This document shows positions 49,049-59,142 of a stretch of 64,000 bases of DNA, piece after piece. This DNA comes from Nitrososphaeria archaeon (GTDB lineage: Archaea > Thermoproteota > Nitrososphaeria > Geothermarchaeales > JDFR-13), in the NCBI GenBank assembly GCA_027078545.1, contig JALWXN010000004.1, positions 160,001 through 224,000 of the forward strand, read 5' to 3'. Made by a program: the position numbers and the translations under genes. Within the stretch, counting starts at the first letter, position 1; each line of letters begins with the position of its first letter. The notes under the pieces are model-generated. The model was given only the letters and a program-made list of their open reading frames with translations. It was not told where the DNA came from and made no database searches.

Positions 49049-49819
49049 TCAAGACGTGTCGTTCTCCCCGTCTTCGAGGGTCGTCCCGAGCATGGAGGCT
49101 ATCTTGCCCGTCAACCCTGGGGCGAATGTACGGGATATAATCGTGTTTATAATCCTCTTGAGTAGGAGATACTTCTCATATTCTCCCTTGAAGAGTATCA
49201 CGCCGTTCTGGCCTATCACGATGTCCCCATCTATATTCTCCTTGATCATCTTTATCATGCTCCCCTTCTTACCGATGATCCTCGGGATCTTTGTTGTGTG
49301 GACCTTGATGACGAAGTAGCCCCTCAGCTTACCGATGTGGCGTGGGGAGACCGTGGTCTTCTCCGGGTTTAGGGAGAGGATTGCGTGGGACTGTGCATTT
49401 ATGTCGTAGATCACGGCTCCTATCAGGTCGCCTATGGAGAACTGCTGTGTCAGGTCATAGGTCTTGGGGTCGAAGCGCCTCTCGCCTCCCTGCCTCCTAA
49501 TCAGCTCCTGGGCCGCTAGGAAGGCCTTTGTGGATGCTCCTATATCGACTATCCAGCCGTTGGGGGCGTATGCTGTCACCACTCCTACCACGTAGTCCCC
49601 CTTCCTGGGGGTGTATACATTCTTATATGGTATTAGGTCTAGCCCCCTACCAGTCTTCTTTATCACTCCGAGGTGGGTCGCTACGTAGCCTATCGGCGTC
49701 TTTATGAAGTAGGCCTCCCCCGAGTTTGTATCTCCATATCTAGGCCTCTTTGGGACCTTCTCGCCTGGGGTCACTATCCACATCTTCTTGTTGGTATCCC
49801 TCTCTTCCTGGTTCTCCAT
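49049..49819 (-). CDS. rrp4: Exosome subunit Rrp4
   Basis: Y.P..GD.VVG, S1 and KH (PRIIGKKGSMI, GQNG). Confidence 0.93.
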   Translation of the reverse strand: MENQEERDTNKKMWIVTPGEKVPKRPRYGDTNSGEAYFIKTPIGYVATHLGVIKKTGRGLDLIPYKNVYTPRKGDYVVGVVTAYAPNGWIVDIGASTKAFLAAQELIRRQGGERRFDPKTYDLTQQFSIGDLIGAVIYDINAQSHAILSLNPEKTTVSPRHIGKLRGYFVIKVHTTKIPRIIGKKGSMIKMIKENIDGDIVIGQNGVILFKGEYEKYLLLKRIINTIISRTFAPGLTGKIASMLGTTLEDGENDTS

Positions 49820-49838
49820 AGTGCTCCACCCTCGCCCT

Positions 49839-50546
49839 CTATACCGTCTTCTCCTCCACTATCTCCACGTATGCTACTCCGCCGGTCATCCTCGATATCT
49901 TCTCCATGAAGTCCACCTTCATGCCGGAGGGTATCGAGACGGTGACGTCTAGGGAACCGTCGTTTAGCCAGTCCTCCTTTATAATGTCGCTGGCATTCCT
50001 GATGTAGCCATATACCTTGCCCACGTAGGCAGGCGGTATCTTGATAGAGAGGATCGATATCTGCTTCTTGATCGGTATGTATTTGGAGAGGTCTGATATG
50101 ACCTGGTTTATCTGTTCCTCGACGGGCTTGAAGGGGTCTATCTTTACACCCCCCTCTTCTAGGGCGGTCTCTATCCTCAGGGGTGGTATGGGGGCTGATG
50201 TCCTGGCGTCTACACAGTACCTAGAGATGTAGTCTATTATCTGCCTCTTCTTCTCCTCTATAAGCCTCCTCCTCTGGTCAGCCCTTATCTGGAGCTCCCC
50301 CTCCCTAACTATCTTCTCAGCTATCTTCTCCACATCCGTGGTTCCGAATACTGACATGAGGTCTGACTTGGATGCCCTTAGACCCTTGTTGGCATCTGTA
50401 TATACCTCGTCGAATACGAGGACGTTGGTGAAGTCCTTCCGCCTCCCCAGCTTGTATTCAAGTGCCTTGTCGGGGTCTACGAGTACCTCGAACTTCTTAC
50501 CACCTTTTTTGTACCTCGCTATGGTGTAATTCGTCAATTTAACCAC
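49839..50546 (-). CDS. Ribosome maturation factor SBDS/Sdo1
   Basis: KFEVLVDP, DA.KG..AS, FGT.D, PP.RI. Confidence 0.96.
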   Translation of the reverse strand: MVKLTNYTIARYKKGGKKFEVLVDPDKALEYKLGRRKDFTNVLVFDEVYTDANKGLRASKSDLMSVFGTTDVEKIAEKIVREGELQIRADQRRRLIEEKKRQIIDYISRYCVDARTSAPIPPLRIETALEEGGVKIDPFKPVEEQINQVISDLSKYIPIKKQISILSIKIPPAYVGKVYGYIRNASDIIKEDWLNDGSLDVTVSIPSGMKVDFMEKISRMTGGVAYVEIVEEKTV

Positions 50547-50635
50547 CGGTTGTTATCTGGGGATGGATCGATATGTAATTTATGGATTATTGTTCCACCA
50601 CCGTCTCTAGAAAATGATTATTCACCCTGGATTCC

Positions 50636-51382
50636 TTATAACTCCTCATACTTCTGCTTAGCCATCTCGATATACTTCTTCGCCTCGTCCACCCCTATGA
50701 ACTTGGCGTCCATGTCCTTGACGCTTATCTCTAGGAACCTGATCTCTATCGACTCCTTCTTACCGATGTTCTTCTTCCTACTGGCGTATAGTATGGCCCC
50801 AGCGGCTAGCACCTTCAGCTCCTCGAGGTCGGCCTCTGGGTTGTAGTACTTCTCTATGAAGTCTAGGGCTGAGTCTGAGTCGGCCCCTATGGCTGCGGCT
50901 ACGTATTTGATGAAGGAGCCGCTTGGGTCTGTTACATAGATGGCTGGTGTGCCGTCCGGGTTTATACCGCCGAATATTATGGCTACTCCGAAGGGCCTTA
51001 TCCCGCCCTGCTGTGTGAAGCCCTGCTTGATATTCCCTATACGCCTAGCCACTACGTCTACATATGGTGGCTCGTCGTAGAGGATCCTCTGATACTGGCA
51101 GAACTCCCTTGCATAGTCGATGAGGACTCTTCCATCCGGTACGTAGCCGGAGATGGCTCCACCTATATTCCTATCTATTATGAATAGCTTCCTACTGTGG
51201 TTCTTGTCCTGGAACCTTGCGAAGGGCTCCTCAGCCGCTAGGACCACCCCGTGTTTAGACTGGATCCCTAGGGAGATGGTCCCCCTCTTAACGGTCTCGA
51301 GGGCATACTCTACCTGGAAGATACGGCCGTCTGGGGAGAATACGGTTATGGCCCTGTCATAAGCCGCCTGTGTAGGTATCAT
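50636..51382 (-). CDS. psmA: Proteasome alpha subunit
   Basis: YDRAITVFSPDGRIFQVEYA, RPFGV, TDPSG. Confidence 0.97.
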   Translation of the reverse strand: MIPTQAAYDRAITVFSPDGRIFQVEYALETVKRGTISLGIQSKHGVVLAAEEPFARFQDKNHSRKLFIIDRNIGGAISGYVPDGRVLIDYAREFCQYQRILYDEPPYVDVVARRIGNIKQGFTQQGGIRPFGVAIIFGGINPDGTPAIYVTDPSGSFIKYVAAAIGADSDSALDFIEKYYNPEADLEELKVLAAGAILYASRKKNIGKKESIEIRFLEISVKDMDAKFIGVDEAKKYIEMAKQKYEEL

Positions 51383-51450
51383 TCTCTATGTACACCCCAC
51401 GCCAACTACATTAACAGTTGGATGACCTAATTAAAAATTGGCTGTTGATA

Positions 51451-51795
51451 CTACTCAGGCTTCCTGATGGGCCATGGCCTGGTTTCCTCAACACTCTTCC
51501 TACGCACCTGCCTCAACGTGTTGGCCACGATTATATATTTAGGCCTAGTCCCACTCTCCTCCATGGCTTTCCATAGGGCGTATATAGTCTTGTCTAGATA
51601 TTCCTGGAGCACCCGGTATATGAACTCCTCCTGATCCGTGTGTATAAGCTTCACCCTTGCTAGGCAGTAGTCGTGTGGCCCGTATAGCTTTAGATACTTC
51701 TTCAGCATTCGATAGGCTATCCTGTGTGGGGGGAGCACTGTCCCCACCCTGACGTATCGATACCTATATATCTTTACCATAGGGCTCTCCACCAC
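51451..51795 (-). CDS. Probable RNase P protein Pop5/Rpp14 (divergent)
   Basis: YRY, LYG, TLR motifs; position upstream of psmA. Confidence 0.55.
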   Translation of the reverse strand: MVESPMVKIYRYRYVRVGTVLPPHRIAYRMLKKYLKLYGPHDYCLARVKLIHTDQEEFIYRVLQEYLDKTIYALWKAMEESGTRPKYIIVANTLRQVRRKSVEETRPWPIRKPE

Positions 51796-52397
51796 CGGTT
51801 CAGGCTCCTGGTGACCATGGCCTCAAGGGTCTTGGGTACTTCATGTAGGTCTCTAACCCTGTACTCGTCGGCCTCTGTGGAGACTGTTAGTACCCCTCTC
51901 TTGTCGAATGTCTGCGCCATCCTCAGGTATTCACACCAGTCGCCGGTGAAGTCTAGTATGGGGTCTATATTGATCTCTATGGTGAATCTATGCCTAGAGA
52001 GTTCTATGGCTTCTCTAGTCGAGATCTTGTCCTGCATATTGATGGTGGTTACGCCTAGTTTGTAGAGGATGTTTACATCCATCTTCTCCAGCGTCTTGGA
52101 GCTGGCTATGTAGACCCCTATGTATCCCCTCCTCTTCAGTTCGCGCATGATGTCGCTGTATCTCTCCAGCTCCTTCCTCCTCCTAGCCTCTGTGGCGTCG
52201 AGTCTGATCATCGGTCCTCTCCGCCTCTCCCCGATGTTTTCTATGGTTATGAAGGGCTCCCCCATGGTCAGCTCTAGCTGGTCAACCTCTTCCAGGCTCT
52301 TGATCTGGATGAATATGTATCTAAAGCCCATTCCGTATATCCTCCTAAGTGTCCATGGCTGGATTATCCTTGATGGTAGGTATGAGTAGAACTGCAT
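51774..52397 (-). CDS. Probable RNase P protein Rpp30 (divergent)
   Basis: Mostly synteny (between DUF54 and Pop5); weak IEIN...VST.A.....R similarity. Confidence 0.5.
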   Translation of the reverse strand: MQFYSYLPSRIIQPWTLRRIYGMGFRYIFIQIKSLEEVDQLELTMGEPFITIENIGERRRGPMIRLDATEARRRKELERYSDIMRELKRRGYIGVYIASSKTLEKMDVNILYKLGVTTINMQDKISTREAIELSRHRFTIEINIDPILDFTGDWCEYLRMAQTFDKRGVLTVSTEADEYRVRDLHEVPKTLEAMVTRSLNRWWRALW

Positions 52398-52398
52398 T

Positions 52399-52812
52399 TC
52401 AGGGTCTTCCCATCAAACTATCTATCATCTTCCTCAGCCTATCCGCCTTGACGCCGGATACTACGACCTGTACCGGGTCTACATCGCCTAGCTGGATATT
52501 GCCCCCTCTACATATGCTGGACTTGTCGATCCTTATGTAGAGCCTATTCCCATGGTAATGCTCATCGAGGTATTCATATAGATAGGCTACATCGCTTCTA
52601 GACATGGATCTCAGTATCTTTTCCAGGGTCTCCATCACTCTCTCCCTGCCCCTCAGGACTATCCTGTAGTATGTTATCGGGTTTTTGTGGTGGCCTGTGA
52701 GGTCGGTCCGCCTAATATCTGTCACGTCGTAATTGACGATCCGTTTTAGGGAGTTGAGGATTTTGTCGGGGTTGTCGGTTGCATGTACAATAATGTTTAG
52801 CTCTATCCTCAT
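52399..52812 (-). CDS. DUF54 family RNA-binding protein
   Basis: VHAT, GHH.NPI, LYIRIDK, L...D. Confidence 0.88.
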   Translation of the reverse strand: MRIELNIIVHATDNPDKILNSLKRIVNYDVTDIRRTDLTGHHKNPITYYRIVLRGRERVMETLEKILRSMSRSDVAYLYEYLDEHYHGNRLYIRIDKSSICRGGNIQLGDVDPVQVVVSGVKADRLRKMIDSLMGRP

Positions 52813-52874
52813 GCCCCCTCAATTTAGAAGTTATCGAGATGCCTTGATATTTAGTGGGTGGAGGTGGGGGATAG

Positions 52875-53867
52875 ATGATTGTGATGGGTATAGAGTCTAC
52901 GGCCCACACCTTTGGAGTGGGTATTATCGATGGGGAGGGTAATATCCTGGCTGATGTGAGGTCTAGATACACGCCTCCTAGGGGGATGGGTATCGAGCCC
53001 TTCAACGCTGCGGAGCACCACTCTAAGGAGGCTGTTAATGTGTTTAGGAAGGCCCTCTCTGAGGCTGGGATTGGAGTTGAGGATATAGATGTCATCGCTT
53101 TTAGTAGGGGACCGGGTCTGGGGCCTTGTCTAAGGGTAGGCGCTTCTCTTGCGAGGTATCTAGCCCTGAGACATGGTAAGCCTCTCTATCCAGTCCATCA
53201 TGGGGTCGGTCATCTCGAGCTTGTTACGCATTACTACTCCCTTAGGAATCCTCTCCACCTGCTGGTGTCGGGGGGCCATACCTCCATCCTAGTCCTGAAC
53301 GAGTGTAGGTATAGGGTGTTTGGGGAGACGCTGGACATAACGATTGGAAACCTGCTAGACGTTTTGGCTAGGGAGGCGGGCCTAGACTTTCCCGGTGGGC
53401 CGGTGATAGAGTCGTTGGCGGAGGGGGGTGGGGAGCTTCTCGACCTCCCCTATACGATTATAGGTACTAGTTTCCAGTTCTCGGGGATCCTCACGAAGGC
53501 TATACAGCTTCTCAGGAGCCATAGGATAGAGGATGTGGCCTATTCTGTCCAGGAGGTGGCGTTCTCAATAATTGTCGAGGCTGTTGAGAGGGCGTTGAGG
53601 GCTGTCCCGTTCGACGTCGACGGCATAGCGATCTCCGGTGGGGTCGCCTCTAACGACACCCTATACAAGAAGTTGGGTGTAATGGCTGAGAGGTATGGAC
53701 TCAAGGTTTATAGGCTGCCTAAGAGGCTGAACGGGGATAACGGTGTACAGATCGCTGTTGTAGGCCTCAGGATGGCATTGGCGGGGGTGGAGCCGCCTGA
53801 CCTCTCATCCACCGGTGTGGTGCAGAGGTGGAGGATTGACGAGGTAGATATACCGTGGGCCTGCTAG
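52875..53867 (+). CDS. kae1: KEOPS t6A synthase Kae1
   Basis: GIESTAHTFG, GPGLGPCL, HHGVGH, VSGGHT, GETLDI..GN..D, GGVA.N, DNG. Confidence 0.97.
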   Translation: MIVMGIESTAHTFGVGIIDGEGNILADVRSRYTPPRGMGIEPFNAAEHHSKEAVNVFRKALSEAGIGVEDIDVIAFSRGPGLGPCLRVGASLARYLALRHGKPLYPVHHGVGHLELVTHYYSLRNPLHLLVSGGHTSILVLNECRYRVFGETLDITIGNLLDVLAREAGLDFPGGPVIESLAEGGGELLDLPYTIIGTSFQFSGILTKAIQLLRSHRIEDVAYSVQEVAFSIIVEAVERALRAVPFDVDGIAISGGVASNDTLYKKLGVMAERYGLKVYRLPKRLNGDNGVQIAVVGLRMALAGVEPPDLSSTGVVQRWRIDEVDIPWAC

Positions 53868-54514
53868 ACCGGCTGGTGGAGTCCTCAACCTTGATCTCTA
53901 GGAATGCAGAGGCAGATGTATATCTCGTTGACGGATTCCTGGGTAGGCCCGCAATACTTAAGATAAGGGTTCCAAAGGGGTATAGGGATGAGAGGCTTGA
54001 TAGGCGGCTTAGACAGCTCCGTAGCTATAGGGAGGCTGTGATACTCCATAGGCTTAGGGATAGGGGTCTCCCGGTGCCGATGCTCTACTTCGCCTCGCTT
54101 AGGGAGGGCGTCTTGATAATGGAGTATATAGAGGGTATAGCCCTGGCCCAGGCATTATCCAGCCTCGAGGTAGATGAGGCGGTGAGATACTTCTCCATAC
54201 TTGGTGGTGTGGCTAGGGAGATGCATGGAGCAGGTGTTATACATGGGGATCTAAACCTGAACAACGTCTTGGTAAGGGGTGGCGACTTATGGCTGATCGA
54301 CTTCGGCCTGTCATACTGGTCCGAGTCTCCGAAGGACATGGCGATAGATCTGGATAGTCTTAGACGGTCACTAGACTCTACAGTCCCCAGCCTGGCGGAC
54401 AAGCTATTCAGTGTGTTCTTGAATAGCTATAGGGAGGGTAATAACTACTATGATGAGGTGCTCAGGTTCTATTCACGTCTGAGGAGGATGGGGAGGTACT
54501 ATGCGGAGAGGTAG
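53855..54514 (+). CDS. bud32: KEOPS kinase/ATPase Bud32
   Basis: AEA, K.R.PKGYR...LD, HGDL, IDFGLS, RRMGRY. Confidence 0.94.
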   Translation: MGLLDRLVESSTLISRNAEADVYLVDGFLGRPAILKIRVPKGYRDERLDRRLRQLRSYREAVILHRLRDRGLPVPMLYFASLREGVLIMEYIEGIALAQALSSLEVDEAVRYFSILGGVAREMHGAGVIHGDLNLNNVLVRGGDLWLIDFGLSYWSESPKDMAIDLDSLRRSLDSTVPSLADKLFSVFLNSYREGNNYYDEVLRFYSRLRRMGRYYAER

Positions 54515-55145
54515 CCAGGTTATCCGGCTGGTAACCACTAATAGGCATAAGTTCCTCGAGGCCTCCGAGATCCTTTCACGGTATGGTGTGGAGGCTGAAT
54601 GGGTTAGGTATAAGCCCCAGGAGATCCAGAGCGATTCTCTCCTAGAGGTTGTTATATGGAAGGGCTTCGACGCTAAGAAGGTTGTGCCGCCCCCCTTCGT
54701 GGTGGAGGATACCGGTCTGTTTATAGATGCGCTTGGAGGCTTCCCAGGGGTGTATAGCTCCTACGTATTATCAACACTTGGTATAAGGGGTGTCTTGAAG
54801 GCCTTGGAGGGTGTGGAGGATAGGGGTGCGAGGTTCGTCTCCTATGGCCTCCTATACCTTGGGGACAACATGTTTAAGGTCTTCAGGGCTGTGGTGGAGG
54901 GTAGGATAGCCATGTCGCCGAGGGGGGAGGGTGGGTTCGGCTACGACCCTATATTCATCCCCCTAGGGGGTGTTAAGACTTTTGGGGAGATGTCTCTCGA
55001 GGAGAAGAATAGGTATTCCCATAGGGCGGGATTATTTAATAAGATTGGGCGTTATCTAACTAGTCTGAGCATAGGGGAGACAGTTATAAGTATGTTGGTC
55101 AGGGGTGGAGACGATGGCGAGGATGCATATCAGGAGGAAGGGTAA
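54501..55145 (+). CDS. Ham1/RdgB non-canonical purine NTP pyrophosphatase
   Basis: TTN.HK, VEDTGL, GFPG, GFGYDPIF, KN..SHR. Confidence 0.95.
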   Translation: MRRGSQVIRLVTTNRHKFLEASEILSRYGVEAEWVRYKPQEIQSDSLLEVVIWKGFDAKKVVPPPFVVEDTGLFIDALGGFPGVYSSYVLSTLGIRGVLKALEGVEDRGARFVSYGLLYLGDNMFKVFRAVVEGRIAMSPRGEGGFGYDPIFIPLGGVKTFGEMSLEEKNRYSHRAGLFNKIGRYLTSLSIGETVISMLVRGGDDGEDAYQEEG

Positions 55146-55563
55146 GTCCCACTCTAAGCGGCCCGTAACTATGGCTAAGCCGGACTGGGTAGAGATGTCT
55201 AGGGAGGAGATCGCCGAGCTTGTTATAAAGCTTGCCAGGGAGGGTAAGAGGCCCTCCGAGATAGGTATGATCCTTAGGGATCAGTATGGGATACCCACCT
55301 TCAAGCAGGTCATGGGTGTGAAGCTGACTAAGTTCCTGGAGATGAATGGGGTCACCTATGACCTGCCTGAGGATCTGGCTATGCTTATTGAGAAGGCTAA
55401 GAGGCTTATGAACCATCTGAAGTATCATAAGAAGGATTATAAGAATAAGCATTCGCTGGAGCTTATCGAGGCTAAGATACACCACCTGGCCAAGTATTAT
55501 AAGAGGATTGGTAAGCTCCCTAAGGACTGGAAGTATAAGACGTACGTGGCCCAGGTGGAGTGA
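55114..55563 (+). CDS. rps15: Ribosomal protein uS15
   Basis: MARMH.R..GKS.S.RP, IG.ILRDQYGIP, PEDL, YYK. Confidence 0.97.
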   Translation: MARMHIRRKGKSHSKRPVTMAKPDWVEMSREEIAELVIKLAREGKRPSEIGMILRDQYGIPTFKQVMGVKLTKFLEMNGVTYDLPEDLAMLIEKAKRLMNHLKYHKKDYKNKHSLELIEAKIHHLAKYYKRIGKLPKDWKYKTYVAQVE

Positions 55564-56960
55564 TGGCCAGTAGTAGTCTAGCCCCGGGTATCCAGGGGCT
55601 CACCAGTGATGTTGAGAGGGTTGCGGAGCGTCTACATAGCCATGGGGGGATCATCAACATACTCACCCATTATGATGCGGATGGCCTAGTAGCGGGTGGA
55701 TTGGTAGCCAGGTTTCTATCCTCCATCGGTAGAGAATTCCTGTTGAGGACCACGGTCGACCTTACTGATGACGTCCTATCAGGCTTCCTGGGTCTAGGGG
55801 GACGTCTAAACGTCTTTGTAGACCTGGGGTCTGGGGATCTCGACAGGATTATCGATATGCGTGGGGATAGGGAGGTAGTGATTATTGACCATCACAAGCT
55901 GAGTAGGGAGCCGGATGGCGTCACGATTCTAAATCCGGAGCTACATGGATTTGACGGCGGCGCTACTGGGTGTGCATCGATCCTCTCAGGCCTCCTGGGG
56001 TATCAGCTTACTGGTGATCCATACTTCCTCGGGGTCTCGTTAGTGGGTGCCGCTGGGGATATGCAGCTGGCCAACCCTGTGGATGTTACTAAGATGGTTC
56101 TGGATAAGGCTGTCGAGATGGGTGTAGCGGAGGTTAGGAAGGATTTCATATTCTTCTCTAGCCATAGCCTCCCTCTCCATAAGGCTATTACATGGAGCTT
56201 CAACCCCTACATCCCCCACTTCACGGGTAGGGATGATGTTGGTCTGATGCTTGTGAAGAGGTCGGGTATTGATTATGACCCTAGTGAGGGGAGGACGGTT
56301 GATAGTCTAAACGACCTTGAGAGGAATAGGCTCCTCGAGGTTATAGTCCAGTATATAGCTGGCCTCGGGATTAAGGATCTCAGGCCTGGGGATCTCATCC
56401 GTAACTTTGTCGTCCTTAGGTTTGAGGAGCATCCACTACTTAGGCATGTAGATGAGTTTGCTAATCTGGTTAATACTACTGGGCGGATGGGCGAGGAGCG
56501 GCTCGGCCTGCTCCTAGCGTATGGCGTTAGGGGTGGGGTGGTGGATAGGGCTATAGAGCTGTATATGGAGCGTAGGAGGTTTATCGCGAAGTATCTCGAG
56601 ATGGCTGACAGGTCTGCGAAGATATATGACGATATGGTTGCGATCGTGGATCTCAGGGGCCATGACTTCAACCCGAGGTTTAGCGGCACGATCTCAACGA
56701 TACTGTCTAGGTCGTTGAAGTATCAGGATAAGGTCGTCATCCTCCTGGCTAGGTCGGAGAGGGGTGTTAAGCTATCTGCTAGGGCGCCTAGACACCTGGT
56801 TGAGAGGGGCTTCAACCTGGCGGAGATTATGAGGGATCTCTCCAAGAGGTTCTCCGGTATAGGTGGTGGGCATAACGTGGCTGCCGGTGCCACTCTTGAG
56901 GGCTCTACAGACACGCTTGTGAAGGAGATTGTGGAGGCTGTTAAGTCGCGTCTAGGCTAG
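55560..56960 (+). CDS. RecJ/Cdc45-like DHH nuclease (GAN-like)
   Basis: H.DADG, DLGSG, DHH, LNP, GA.GDMQ, GGGH..AAGA; rps15-recJ-pcc-rps3ae synteny. Confidence 0.9.
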   Translation: MMASSSLAPGIQGLTSDVERVAERLHSHGGIINILTHYDADGLVAGGLVARFLSSIGREFLLRTTVDLTDDVLSGFLGLGGRLNVFVDLGSGDLDRIIDMRGDREVVIIDHHKLSREPDGVTILNPELHGFDGGATGCASILSGLLGYQLTGDPYFLGVSLVGAAGDMQLANPVDVTKMVLDKAVEMGVAEVRKDFIFFSSHSLPLHKAITWSFNPYIPHFTGRDDVGLMLVKRSGIDYDPSEGRTVDSLNDLERNRLLEVIVQYIAGLGIKDLRPGDLIRNFVVLRFEEHPLLRHVDEFANLVNTTGRMGEERLGLLLAYGVRGGVVDRAIELYMERRRFIAKYLEMADRSAKIYDDMVAIVDLRGHDFNPRFSGTISTILSRSLKYQDKVVILLARSERGVKLSARAPRHLVERGFNLAEIMRDLSKRFSGIGGGHNVAAGATLEGSTDTLVKEIVEAVKSRLG

Positions 56961-56976
56961 TGTTGAGGGTATTGAT

Positions 56977-57201
56977 ATGAAGGTTGAGGTGCTTGTTGAG
57001 GGTTTGGTGGATGGAGGGATAATTGCTGATGCCCTGTCCCCAGATAATTCGGCGGAGGGGTTGGAGATACTGGTCAGTGGTGGGGAGGGATATCTCCACA
57101 TATCTATAGTGGGTAGGCCCAAGTCTGTGAGGGCTGCTATGAACGATATATTCCGCTCTCTACACCCCATCCTCGACGAGGAGTGTGTGGGTAGGGGGTA
57201 G
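56977..57201 (+). CDS. Second Pcc1-like KEOPS subunit
   Basis: ALSPDN and SVRAAMND.. motifs; upstream of rps3ae. Confidence 0.75.
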   Translation: MKVEVLVEGLVDGGIIADALSPDNSAEGLEILVSGGEGYLHISIVGRPKSVRAAMNDIFRSLHPILDEECVGRG

Positions 57202-57249
57202 GGCCTTTATTAGATATATAGGTCCATAAGTAGACTAGTTAGCAAGGGT

Positions 57250-57849
57250 GTGGGGAGTATGCCGACTAGGTATGGTGTGAAGAGGGGTAGGAAGAAGGTA
57301 TATGTAATGGTGAAGGCCCCGGACTTTCTGGGTGGGAATGACCTATACTACGTCATTGCAAATTCTCCTGAGAACCTTATAGGTAGGAATATCGAGGTCC
57401 TCCTCTCCGATCTGACCGGTGACTTCAACCATCAGTTCATAAAGGTTAAGCTCAAGATCTATGAGGTGAAGGATTCCTATGCCTATACCAGGTATAATGG
57501 GCATGAGTACTTCAGGGAGTATGAGAGGTCTCTAATCATGAGGGGCACCAGCTATGTAAAGGCTATCAGGGATGTTGAGACGAAGGATGGTGGGCGTTTC
57601 CGTGTCAGGGCCAGCGTATTCACGACGAAGAGGATAACCAGCTCTAGGAAGAGCGCTATTAGGAAGCAGGTCTTCAAGGTGATTGATAAGTGGGCTGAGG
57701 CCTTGGACTCGAAGTCCTTTATAAGGGAGATCTTGATGGGTAAGGTGAATGACGAGATCGCCGAGGCTGCTAGGAAGGTCTATCCTATTAGGGAGGGGTC
57801 GGGGGTATTCAAGGTAAAGGTTCTCCACTGGCCTGGGACGCCTATCTAG
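57250..57849 (+). CDS. rps3ae: Ribosomal protein eS1 (S3ae)
   Basis: AP.F.G, GR.IEV...DLTGD, GHE..REY.RSL, TKDG, KVYPIR. Confidence 0.95.
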   Translation: MGSMPTRYGVKRGRKKVYVMVKAPDFLGGNDLYYVIANSPENLIGRNIEVLLSDLTGDFNHQFIKVKLKIYEVKDSYAYTRYNGHEYFREYERSLIMRGTSYVKAIRDVETKDGGRFRVRASVFTTKRITSSRKSAIRKQVFKVIDKWAEALDSKSFIREILMGKVNDEIAEAARKVYPIREGSGVFKVKVLHWPGTPI

Positions 57850-57870
57850 CTTGTCTAGCTGATAGTTGGC

Positions 57871-59055
57871 TCAGTATACCTGTATAGATACTATGTCCCT
57901 GTGTCTCAGGACGTAGTCGGGGGAGACCCTCGTCGTCTTGCCATATACGTAGCCATATTTTATCCTTTCCCCCAGGTCGGAGTGTATCATATATGCCAGC
58001 TCCCTAAGCGTGGTGCCCCTGGGGACTAGATAAGTGTCTGGTAGGACTCTCCCCTCCCCATCGGTCAGTCGGTTGATATCCTTGACTGGGTAGACAGCTA
58101 TGTATCCAAGCATGTCTAGAACTACGTGGTCTACAAGGTTCTGTACACCTGTCCCTCCCCACTCCCCGAATATCTTCTCCCTTATGATGCTTAGTGCCTT
58201 CCTCTCCCTATCCGTGAGTTCTCCTGGCTTCAAGATATCGAAGCCTGGCTCTCCTGGTATGTATCTTATCTTCCCCTCTCTATCGAGCGTCTTGAGGAAG
58301 TATTCGGATACCGCGCTTATTGGGTGGATCTCTATGCCCATTGATCTCAGCCTCTCGAGGTTCTCCTTGGAGTGTGGTAGGTCTATCTTGTTCCCAGCTA
58401 TGGCCATTGGCTTCGCTTCGGAGAGGAGTCTCTCTATGAAGGTGTCCATGTTCTCTACTAGTCTGGATAGGTCTTTCAGGCCTAGTGTCTCTATGATGTT
58501 GTCTATAGCCTCCTTCCTAACCGCTAGGCCCGATAAGACCCTGTGTAGCGCCTCTCCAAGCTCGGTCTTGCTATGCTTAACGTCCCTCTCTATAGTCTCA
58601 TAGTTCTTCTCCAGTATCCCCCTTACCCACATCCTCAGCTCTCGCTGTATAAACTTGATGTCGTCTAGGGGGTCATACTCGCCTGGCTTTCCAACGTTCC
58701 CCTCCATGTCTGTAGCGCCTGAGAGGTCTATGACGTGGATCCAAGCATCGGCCTCCATGATCTTGGATAGGAACTGGTTGCCCAGTCCCCTGCCTCTCCA
58801 TGCGTCGGGGACTAGGCCGGCTGTATCGACTATCTTGATCGGTATGAATCTCCAGCCCTCCCTACATACCGAGTTTACGGGTGTGTCTCTAACCCCGATC
58901 TCGCTACATACACATCTTATCTTTACGTATGCTATTCCCTCGGCCCCCTCTATCGTGGTGAAGGGGTAGTTGCCCGTCTTCTCGGATCCTAGTGTCAGGG
59001 CGTTGAACAGGGTCGTCTTTCCCACGTTGGGTTTTCCGACTATGCCCAGCTTCAT
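57871..59055 (-). CDS. ychF: YchF/Ola1-family OBG-like NTPase
   Basis: GKPNVGKTT, NYPFTTI, D.AGLVP.A..GRGLGNQFL, NKID, TGS domain. Confidence 0.93.
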   Translation of the reverse strand: MKLGIVGKPNVGKTTLFNALTLGSEKTGNYPFTTIEGAEGIAYVKIRCVCSEIGVRDTPVNSVCREGWRFIPIKIVDTAGLVPDAWRGRGLGNQFLSKIMEADAWIHVIDLSGATDMEGNVGKPGEYDPLDDIKFIQRELRMWVRGILEKNYETIERDVKHSKTELGEALHRVLSGLAVRKEAIDNIIETLGLKDLSRLVENMDTFIERLLSEAKPMAIAGNKIDLPHSKENLERLRSMGIEIHPISAVSEYFLKTLDREGKIRYIPGEPGFDILKPGELTDRERKALSIIREKIFGEWGGTGVQNLVDHVVLDMLGYIAVYPVKDINRLTDGEGRVLPDTYLVPRGTTLRELAYMIHSDLGERIKYGYVYGKTTRVSPDYVLRHRDIVSIQVY

Positions 59056-59142
59056 GGAGCTAACTGTTTTTATCATCGGGGGGTTGAATATTTAAGTACT
59101 TGTATGTTGATATGGAGAGTCTGAACCGGTGGTGTTGGAGAT

